Below, piece by piece: positions 57,715 to 64,000 of a stretch of 64,000 nt of DNA. The translations under genes and the position numbers were made by a program. The stretch lies in NCBI GenBank assembly GCA_034667465.1, contig JAXDJV010000014.1, forward strand, positions 209 through 64,208, in the 5' to 3' direction. The first letter of the stretch is position 1, and each line of letters begins with the position of its first letter. This stretch comes from Acidobacteriota bacterium. Lineage in GTDB: Bacteria; Acidobacteriota; Thermoanaerobaculia; Gp7-AA8. The notes below the pieces were generated by a model. That model was not told the origin of the DNA and made no database searches. It was given only the letters and a program-made list of their open reading frames with translations.

Positions 57715-58235
57715 TTACTCCTGCGGTGCGACGCCGAGGTATGAGCCGGCGGCGCTGACCGTCGCCCACATCTCCGCCTCGAGCTTGAACGAGCGATCGA
57801 ACAACTCCTCGGCGCCGGCGCGGTCGCCATTCAGCATGTAATACGAGCCGACTTCGGCGAGACCTTTGTCGTCCTTCGGATTGTCTTTCACGTACTGATC
57901 GAAGAGCGCTTTCGCTTTCGGCCATTCGCCCGCTTCGCGATAGACGCGTGCGACGCGGAAAATATCGCTCGATTCCGGCTTGCGGCTGAGCACTTCATCA
58001 AAGATCGCCTGTCCCTCGGATTTCATCCCGCCGAGGTAATAAACGCGGCCGACGGCGATCCGCTCCCAGCTTCCCTTGCCCGCCTGCTGCCGCGCCTGCT
58101 CGAGCAGCGCGCGCGCCGCTTCCTGCTTCGATTTCGACCTGTAGCTGCTCGCATCAACCTTGCGAGAGCCCGCATACCCGATTGCGACTCCCAGCACGAA
58201 CAACAGCGTTGCGATAACGACATGACGTACCTTCA
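57715..58235 (-). CDS. Membrane-anchored tetratricopeptide repeat protein
   Basis: Start at MKVRHVVIATLLFVLGVAIGYAG (GGAG RBS). TPR-like helices (GRVYYLGGMKSEGQAIFDEVL..., ARVYREAGEWPKAKALFDQY...). Confidence 0.6.
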
Positions 58236-58267
58236 TCTGACTCTCCTTACGAAGTGTTACCCGAAAG

Positions 58268-58370
58268 TCTAAAGTCAAAATCGGGGGTCACATCTGGAAA
58301 TTTGACTTTAGCCAATCCGTCGCTGCTCTAAAGTCAAATTTCCAGATGTGACCCCCGATTTTGACTTTAG
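58268..58370. repeat. Perfect 44-bp inverted repeat (15-nt spacer) built from four copies of an 11-bp element CTAAAGTCAAA/TTTGACTTTAG
   Basis: tctaaagtcaaaatcgggggtcacatctggaaatttgactttag ... ctaaagtcaaatttccagatgtgacccccgattttgactttaga. Confidence 0.85.
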
Positions 58371-58999
58371 AGAATCGAGCAGGCCTCGGCGAAGTCCAGC
58401 CGCGGCAGGCGAGGGAACAGTTTCGACGAATCGCCGTAGCCGAGGTTGCAGAGAAAGTTCGAGCGGACGTGGCCTTCGGGAAAGAACTCCTGCTCGCAGC
58501 CGGTGCACTCGTTCCCGGCGCCGAAAAACTCCTCGTCGAGTTTCGCGTTGTCGAAGCCGGACAGCGGTCCGCAGTCGATTCCGAGCGAGCGTGCGGCGAG
58601 GATGAAGTACGCCCCCTGCAGCGACGAATTACGTCGCGCCGTGGCTTCGACCAGCTGCGGATTCGTCGCGTAGAGATTGCGCATCGACGGACTGTGCGGA
58701 AACAGCTTCGGCAACTTCTCGTGGAAGAGCAGGTCGTACGCGACGATCACGGTGACCGGCGCCGTCATGGTCTTCTCGACATTCGCCGGCGCCAGGGTCG
58801 GACGCAGCCGCTCCTTCGCTTCCTTCGAGCGGAGGAAAACGAACCGCGCCGGATTCGAGTTCGCGCTCGTCGGCGCCCACTTCATCAAGTCGTAGATCTC
58901 GTGAAGCGTTTCGTCCGTGACCGGTTTGTCGAGCCACGCGTTGTGTGTGCGCGCGGTGCGGAAGAGCTGGTCCAGTGCGGCGTCGTCGAGTCGGCTCAT
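58367..58999 (-). CDS. Nitroreductase-family NAD(P)H oxidoreductase (RutE/YdjA-like)
   Basis: ...[13 protein letters not shown]...[16 protein letters not shown]... nitroreductase fold signature. 210 aa. Confidence 0.8.
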   Translation of the reverse strand: MSRLDDAALDQLFRTARTHNAWLDKPVTDETLHEIYDLMKWAPTSANSNPARFVFLRSKEAKERLRPTLAPANVEKTMTAPVTVIVAYDLLFHEKLPKLFPHSPSMRNLYATNPQLVEATARRNSSLQGAYFILAARSLGIDCGPLSGFDNAKLDEEFFGAGNECTGCEQEFFPEGHVRSNFLCNLGYGDSSKLFPRLPRLDFAEACSIL

Positions 59000-59019
59000 G
59001 GACGAGAGCCTTGCACCGA

Positions 59020-59511
59020 TCAGGCCCGCGGAACGGCGATGTCGACGAACTCGGCGCCCGGCAACTTCGTCAGCTCGCGCGGCGCGACTTTGATCTTGCT
59101 GGAGCGATTGCCGCCGCCGAGGATCGCGTAGTCGAGGGTGAGGACGCGATTGTCGATGTAGAGCGGGATCCCGGCCGGAAGTGCCGGCAGTGTCACACCG
59201 CCGATCAGCATGCCGGTCAGTTCCGCGGTCTCATCGGACGACGCGAACGACAGCCGCTTGATGCCGACCAGAGCGCTGACGCGATGGTTGACGTCGAGCT
59301 TCGTGTCGGCGGCGACCAGGCAGGCGAAGTACTGCTTCGGCGCCGTCTTCGCGACGACGAGGATCGTGTTGCAGGCGTTCGCCGGCGGGATTCCGTAGTG
59401 CGCGCAGAACTCCGCCGTGTCGGCCAGCTCCGGCGCACATTCGATGACTTCGTACGCGATGTCGGCGGCGTCGAGAGCGGCCCGGACGCGCGGGTCGAGT
59501 ATTTCGTTCAC
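59020..59511 (-). CDS. YbaK/ProX-type aminoacyl-tRNA editing domain protein (Cys-tRNA(Pro) deacylase-like), GTG start
   Basis: [25 protein letters not shown]...[28 protein letters not shown]...[10 protein letters not shown]. The ORF-track version (388 aa) is read-through upstream. Confidence 0.7.
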   Translation of the reverse strand: MNEILDPRVRAALDAADIAYEVIECAPELADTAEFCAHYGIPPANACNTILVVAKTAPKQYFACLVAADTKLDVNHRVSALVGIKRLSFASSDETAELTGMLIGGVTLPALPAGIPLYIDNRVLTLDYAILGGGNRSSKIKVAPRELTKLPGAEFVDIAVPRA

Positions 59512-59577
59512 GCGCGCATTATCGACGGGTTTTGGTACGCCGCGCGCATTACACCTGGTGGAAAAAGGAGAGCAACG

Positions 59578-60156
59578 ATGCCGAATGCAATCACGATGTT
59601 GAAAGCCGACCATGTGAAGGTGAAACGCCTTCTGAACGAGCTGAACCAGGTGACCGCGCCGAAGCAGCGCGAGTCGCTCGTCGCAGAGATCGAGCGGGAG
59701 CTGAAGACGCACACGCAGATCGAGGAAGAGGTCTTTTATCCGGCGTTCAAAGCGGCCGCCGGGAAGACCGACGCCGTCGACATGTTCTACGAAGCGGCCG
59801 AAGAACATCACCTCGTCGACATGGTGCTGCCGGCGCTGAAATCGGCGAACCCGAAGTCGCACGAGTTCGAAGCGAAGGCGAAAGTCATCAAAGAACTGGT
59901 CGAGCATCATGTGAAGGAAGAAGAGAACGAGATGTTCCCGAAGATGCGGCAGCTGGTCGGCGACGAACAGCTCCGCGAGATCGGCGACCTGATGCAGGCC
60001 CGCCGCGAACAGATCGAAGCGATGTGGGATCACCCGATTCTGCGTCAGGTGAAAAAAGCGCAGAGCGCCGCCGGAAAGCTGATGCCGACGAAAGTGAAGA
60101 CTGCGAAAGCGGCCGTTCTCTCGAAGGTGATCGGCGACAGATCCGAAGCACGCTGA
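59578..60156 (+). CDS. Hemerythrin-like (HHE cation-binding) domain protein
   Basis: RBS AAAGGAG. H/E motifs LKADHVKVKRLL, HTQIEEEVFYP, EEHHLVD and VEHHVKEEENEMFP. Confidence 0.8.
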   Translation: MPNAITMLKADHVKVKRLLNELNQVTAPKQRESLVAEIERELKTHTQIEEEVFYPAFKAAAGKTDAVDMFYEAAEEHHLVDMVLPALKSANPKSHEFEAKAKVIKELVEHHVKEEENEMFPKMRQLVGDEQLREIGDLMQARREQIEAMWDHPILRQVKKAQSAAGKLMPTKVKTAKAAVLSKVIGDRSEAR

Positions 60157-60218
60157 CGTCGTCGCGGAACCTCCCGTCGTTCGCACGCGTCACAAGGGCG
60201 AACGACGGAGGTTCCAAT

Positions 60219-60734
60219 ATGCGCAGGACTGTTGTTGCCATTGCTGTCGCTGTCCTCTCGACCACCGCTGCCTTTGCCGGCGAGCTTCGCGCCGGCAGCA
60301 CCAGCATTTCCGTTTATCTCAGTGACGTCGGCTTCGTTCACAGCTCGACGACCGGCTCGTCATGGAGCGGCGGTGGCGGATTCGCTCTCGACCACGCGTG
60401 GACCGACCGCGTTTCCACCGTCCTGTCGGTCGGCGCGGAACGTCGCAGCGGCTCCACATTTCCTGTCGATCTGATCGCCCGCTATCACTTCACCAACTCG
60501 TCGATCTGGACGCCGTACTTCGGCGCCGGTGCTCGCTATGTCAAAGGGCCGGGCGGTGGTGAAGCGACGACGGTCATCCGCGACCGCAGCAGCGCCGAAG
60601 TGAATGGCGGCGTGCTGCTGCGCGTCACGCCGCGCGTCAATCTGCAGTTCGACGTCAAACACCTTCTTCGCAGCGACAGCGTGACCTTCGATCCGAACAC
60701 GAAAGCTTCGATCGGCGTGAGCTGGCGTTTCTGA
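60219..60734 (+). CDS. Small outer-membrane beta-barrel protein (OmpW/OmpA-like barrel)
   Basis: Signal peptide MRRTVVAIAVAVLSTTAAFA, alternating amphipathic strands and C-terminal ...IGVSWRF. Confidence 0.6.
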   Translation: MRRTVVAIAVAVLSTTAAFAGELRAGSTSISVYLSDVGFVHSSTTGSSWSGGGGFALDHAWTDRVSTVLSVGAERRSGSTFPVDLIARYHFTNSSIWTPYFGAGARYVKGPGGGEATTVIRDRSSAEVNGGVLLRVTPRVNLQFDVKHLLRSDSVTFDPNTKASIGVSWRF

Positions 60735-60782
60735 CTCCACGTGATACTTTCGTGACACTCACCAACTAGTTTCGCGGGTGTC

Positions 60783-61487
60783 ATGAACCGGAAGATCCTC
60801 GTCGTCGAAGATGACCGCGACATCGCGGCGCTCGTCGAATTGCACCTGCGCGATCTCGGCGCGGACGTCACGCTCGTACACGACGGCCGCGCCGCACTCG
60901 ACCTCGCCATGGCGCGCAGCTTCGATCTCATCGTGCTCGATCTGATGCTGCCGAGCGTCGACGGACTGGAGATCTGCCGCCGCCTGCGCGCACAGAATCG
61001 CTACACGCCGATCCTGATGCTGACCGCGCGCTCGACAGACGTCGATCGCATCGTCGGACTCGAGATCGGCGCCGACGATTACCTGACCAAGCCGTTCAAC
61101 GTTCGCGAGCTCGTCGCGCGCGTGAAAGCGCTGCTGCGCCGCGTCGATGCGCTGTCAAAGAACGAACCGGAAGAAATCTCGCGAATGGAGTTCGGCGAGC
61201 TGACCATCGACGTCATCAAACGTCGCGTGACGCTGCGCGGCGCCGAGGTCGAGCTGACTGCTCGAGAGTTCGAGCTGCTGCTCCATTTCGCGCGGCATCC
61301 CGGACGCGTTTACACGCGCGCGCAACTGCTCGATCAGGTCTGGGGCTACGGCCACGAAGGCTACGAGCACACCGTCAACTCGCACATCAACCGGCTCCGA
61401 TCGAAGATCGAGCACGACCAGTCGCAGCCCGGCTACATCCTTACCGTCTGGGGCGTCGGCTACAAGTTCCGCGACGCGCATGTTTAA
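60783..61487 (+). CDS. OmpR/PhoB-family response regulator
   Basis: Receiver domain (ILVVEDDRDIAALV...DLIVLDLMLP...LMLTA) and winged-helix domain (LTAREFELLLHFARHPGRVYTRAQLLDQVWG). Confidence 0.9.
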   Translation: MNRKILVVEDDRDIAALVELHLRDLGADVTLVHDGRAALDLAMARSFDLIVLDLMLPSVDGLEICRRLRAQNRYTPILMLTARSTDVDRIVGLEIGADDYLTKPFNVRELVARVKALLRRVDALSKNEPEEISRMEFGELTIDVIKRRVTLRGAEVELTAREFELLLHFARHPGRVYTRAQLLDQVWGYGHEGYEHTVNSHINRLRSKIEHDQSQPGYILTVWGVGYKFRDAHV

Positions 61488-62946
61488 GAGTCTCTACACG
61501 AAACTCGCGCTCGTGCTCCTCGCGCTTTTCTGCGCGGTGACCGGCGTCTGGTTCTGGCTCACGGTCCGGATGACGCGTCTCTATCTCGACGAAGCGACGC
61601 AGAAGTTGAATCGCGGACTCGCCCGAACGATCGCGCTCGAAAAGCCGCCGATGCGCGACTGGCATGTCGATCGCGCCATGCTCGACAAAGTCTTCGAGGC
61701 GCTGATGGCCGTCAATCCGAACATCGAGATCTATCTGCTCGATCGCGACGGCCGCATGCTCGCGTTCTCCGCGCCGCCCGGGAAAGTGAAACGCGATTCG
61801 GTTTCGCTCGCGCCGGTTCGACGTTTCCTCGCCGGCGCGCCGCTGCCGATTCGCGGCGACGATCCGCGCGACGTCGCCGGACAGAAAATCTTCTCCGTGA
61901 CCCCGCTGCCGGCCGTCCGCATCGGCGAGCCGCAACCTCAGACCCAGGGCTACCTCTACGTCATCCTCGGCGGCGAGGAGTACGACTCCGCGGTGCAACG
62001 GTTGCGCGGCAGTTTCATCATGCGGCAAAGCGCCGAAGCCGCCGCGGCCGCGGTGCTCTTCGTCCTCGCAACCGGACTGCTGCTCTTCGCATTGATGACG
62101 CGACGCCTTCGCAATCTCTCCGCGGCGATGGAAGCGTTCAAGCGGAGCGACTTCACCGATACGGTGCGCGTCGGCGGACGCGAAGACGGTGATGAAGTCG
62201 ATCGACTCGCGGCGACGTTCGATGAGATGTCATCGCGCATCGCGCTGCAGGTTGCGAAGCTGAAGGAGGTCGATCTCCTTCGTCGCGAGCTGGTCGCGAA
62301 CGTGTCGCACGATCTCCGGACGCCGCTCGCGTCGCTGCGCGGTTACCTCGACACGCTGCTGTTGAAGGAAGGCTCGCTGACCGCCGAGGAGCAGCGAAGG
62401 TTTCTCGAGATCGCCAGCAAGCATTCCATTCGACTGGGACGACTCGTCGACGAGCTGTTCGAGCTCGCGAAACTCGACGCGCAGGTCGCACCGATCCGCC
62501 GCGAGCCATTCTCGATGCCCGAGCTCGTGCAGGACGTCGTGCAGAAGTTCCAGCTGCGCGCGGAGCAGGGAGGGGTGCGCGTCGATGCGGAGCTGAGCGC
62601 CGAGCTGCCGCTCGTTTCCGGCGATCTCGCGCTGATGGAGCGCGTGCTCGAGAACCTCATCGAAAATGCCATCCGTTACACGCCCGCGGGCGGGCAGGTG
62701 ACGGTGACGCTCGTGCCGGAGAACGGACGTCTGACCGTGCGCGTGTCAGACACCGGATGCGGAATCGCCGAGGAAAGCCTGCCGTACATCTTCGACCGCT
62801 TCTATCGCGGCGACGATGCCGCGTCACGCGCCGACGGTGCCGGATTGGGACTCGCCATCGCGAAGCGCATCGTCGAATTGCACGGGAGCTCGCTGACGGC
62901 GCGGAGCCAGGTGAACGCGGGAACGACGTTTACGTTTGCGGTTTAG
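61480..62946 (+). CDS. Sensor histidine kinase (TM-HAMP-HisKA-HATPase), partner of the preceding response regulator
   Basis: Two TM helices, a HAMP domain, the H-box LVANVSHDLRTPLASL, N-box LENLIENAIRYTP, G1 DTGCGI and G2 GLGLAIAK. The start overlaps the regulator gene stop. Confidence 0.9.
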   Translation: MFKSLYTKLALVLLALFCAVTGVWFWLTVRMTRLYLDEATQKLNRGLARTIALEKPPMRDWHVDRAMLDKVFEALMAVNPNIEIYLLDRDGRMLAFSAPPGKVKRDSVSLAPVRRFLAGAPLPIRGDDPRDVAGQKIFSVTPLPAVRIGEPQPQTQGYLYVILGGEEYDSAVQRLRGSFIMRQSAEAAAAAVLFVLATGLLLFALMTRRLRNLSAAMEAFKRSDFTDTVRVGGREDGDEVDRLAATFDEMSSRIALQVAKLKEVDLLRRELVANVSHDLRTPLASLRGYLDTLLLKEGSLTAEEQRRFLEIASKHSIRLGRLVDELFELAKLDAQVAPIRREPFSMPELVQDVVQKFQLRAEQGGVRVDAELSAELPLVSGDLALMERVLENLIENAIRYTPAGGQVTVTLVPENGRLTVRVSDTGCGIAEESLPYIFDRFYRGDDAASRADGAGLGLAIAKRIVELHGSSLTARSQVNAGTTFTFAV

Positions 62947-63031
62947 CCGGCGCGGGATGGTTTTGTGATCTTTTGACGAATCCGGCGTGACAACTCGGCC
63001 GTAGCTTGAGGTCATAGGAGGGTTCAACCCA

Positions 63032-63415
63032 ATGAATACTCGTGATCTCGCTCGTTACCTCGTCCTCGGTGGAGTTCTTTCCGGTATGACCGCCGGCACC
63101 ACGCTTCTCGCTGCAAACGCTCCGAGCACCACCGACAACGGCCAGTCTTCCATCATCGAAATGTCGAAGAAGAAGACCGCCGAAGTCGACAAACACGCCT
63201 GCAAAGGCCTCAACGCCTGTAAAGGCCACGGAAACTGTAAGAGCGGCGACAACGGTTGCTCCGGCAAGAACTCCTGCAAGGGCAAAGGCGGTTGCGCGTC
63301 CAAGTCCGTGCGGCACGGCTGCGCCGGCAAGAACGCCTGCAAAGGCCAGGGCGCCGGCGGCAAGAACGACTGCAAGAGCAAAGGCTCCTGCGCCGTTCCG
63401 CCGAAGGCTTCGTAA
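63032..63415 (+). CDS. Bufferin-like (DUF2282-type) Cys-rich secreted RiPP precursor
   Basis: Sec signal peptide, then 12 Cys in repeated CKG/CxGKN motifs ([66 protein letters not shown]). Immediately upstream of a DUF692 gene. Confidence 0.7.
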   Translation: MNTRDLARYLVLGGVLSGMTAGTTLLAANAPSTTDNGQSSIIEMSKKKTAEVDKHACKGLNACKGHGNCKSGDNGCSGKNSCKGKGGCASKSVRHGCAGKNACKGQGAGGKNDCKSKGSCAVPPKAS

Positions 63416-63430
63416 GACTGCGATCGCTCG

Positions 63431-63458
63431 CCCCTCACGCGTTTGCGCGCGTGAGGGG
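63431..63458 (+). terminator. Intergenic hairpin (CCCCTCACGCG-TTTG-CGCGTGAGGGG) between the precursor gene and the MNIO gene; attenuator or terminator
   Basis: Perfect 11-bp stem. No T-run, so it is more likely a partial terminator or RNA-stability element. Confidence 0.5.
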
Positions 63459-63480
63459 CACAATACGCGTACACACAAAC

Positions 63481-64000
63481 ATGAATCGATTCGGCTATCC
63501 CGACCTCGGCATCGGACTCGGTCTCCGCACGACGCACTATTCGCACATTCTCGGCAATAGTCCGCCGGCCGGCTGGTTCGAAGCGCTGAGCGAAAACTAT
63601 CTCGATACCGGCGGACGACCGGCGTTCGTGCTCGACAAAATCGCCGAACGCTATCCGGTCGTACTGCACGGCGTCTCGATGTCGATCGGCGGAACCGATC
63701 CGCTCGATTTCGATTACCTGCGCAAATTGAAAGCGCTCGCGAAGCGCGTCAATGCGCGCTGGATTTCCGATCATCTCTGCTGGACCGGAGTCGCCGGACG
63801 CAACGCGCACGATCTGCTGCCGCTGCCGTACGACGAACAGACGCTGCGACATTGCGTGGAGCGTGTCCGCATCGTTTCCGATTTTCTGGAACGGCCGCTC
63901 GTCATTGAAAACCCGTCGTCATATGTGGAGTTCGCGCAGACGACGATGAGCGAGTGGGAGTTCATCGCGCGCCTCGCCACGGAGGCCGACTGCGGACTGC
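63481..64000 (+). CDS. DUF692 / multinuclear non-heme iron oxidase (MbnB/BufB-like MNIO), 3'-truncated by window end
   Basis: [24 protein letters not shown]...[16 protein letters not shown]...[15 protein letters not shown]...WISDHLCW... is the canonical DUF692 TIM-barrel signature. Confidence 0.8.
   Translation, partial: MNRFGYPDLGIGLGLRTTHYSHILGNSPPAGWFEALSENYLDTGGRPAFVLDKIAERYPVVLHGVSMSIGGTDPLDFDYLRKLKALAKRVNARWISDHLCWTGVAGRNAHDLLPLPYDEQTLRHCVERVRIVSDFLERPLVIENPSSYVEFAQTTMSEWEFIARLATEADCGL

Noticed and set aside
58945-60186. Long ORFs 58945-60156 (+), 59532-60734 (+) and 59020-60186 (-)
   Set aside because: Read-through extensions. The real genes are shorter: hemerythrin 59578-60156, outer-membrane barrel protein 60219-60734 and YbaK-like 59020-59511.
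63055-63852. 265-aa minus-strand ORF across the bufferin precursor and MNIO genes
   Set aside because: Antisense to two well-supported plus-strand genes, with no motifs.
1-64000. CRISPR arrays, rRNA genes, IS elements with terminal inverted repeats and transposase
   Set aside because: None found. The only regularly spaced repeats are the in-frame protein-coding tandem repeats (19-22 kb, 43-50 kb) and the palindromes described in the findings.

Overview
This is a 64-kb, high-GC (roughly 68%) stretch of bacterial chromosome. The gene content (TonB-dependent receptor with a carboxypeptidase-regulatory N-domain, Ser/Thr kinase with a TPR tail, many FG-GAP and DUF11 surface proteins) suggests a soil Acidobacteriota-like genome, but that is only an inference. 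The window is unusually rich in RiPP-type peptide-modification loci, and two of the precursor genes are shorter than 60 aa and so are missing from the ORF track.

(1) 5.9-14.7 kb: a 47-aa double-glycine-leader peptide lies next to a sulfotransferase, a LanC-like protein, an NHLM-type ABC exporter, a C39-peptidase ABC transporter, a HlyD-family protein and cNMP-binding proteins. The architecture resembles the RaxX/RaxST/RaxA/RaxB sulfated-peptide system.
(2) 25.5-29.7 kb: a decayed class I lanthipeptide locus. lanB is intact, lanC lacks its N-terminal half and is fused to a C39 peptidase fragment, and a histidine-kinase paralog is truncated at the other edge.
(3) 50.4-54.7 kb: a radical SAM/SPASM enzyme, a PqqD-like protein, an HprK-like kinase, an S24/S26-like peptidase and a PF14907-like nucleotidyltransferase surround a newly identified 57-aa precursor with 3 Cys and a C-terminal Ser. 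This operon continues into a 2294-aa surface protein and a beta-helix protein.
(4) 63.0-64.0 kb: a bufferin-type Cys-rich secreted precursor followed by a DUF692 multinuclear non-heme iron oxidase (MNIO), cut by the window end.

Other content: a vapBC pair, an S9 peptidase, a cNMP-binding domain fused to a thioredoxin-reductase-like enzyme, LytTR and OmpR two-component systems, and a tRNA-Glu gene. A 53-bp repeat of the tRNA-Glu 3' end bounds an integrase-less islet of about 6 kb. Adjacent genes carry dockerin-like and cohesin-like modules, and one protein has five pre-peptidase C-terminal (PPC) domain repeats fused to a lipase. There are long perfect inverted repeats near 58.3 kb and a frameshifted kinase gene. 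Many long Arg-rich ORFs in the track are alternate-frame or antisense artefacts of the high GC content.
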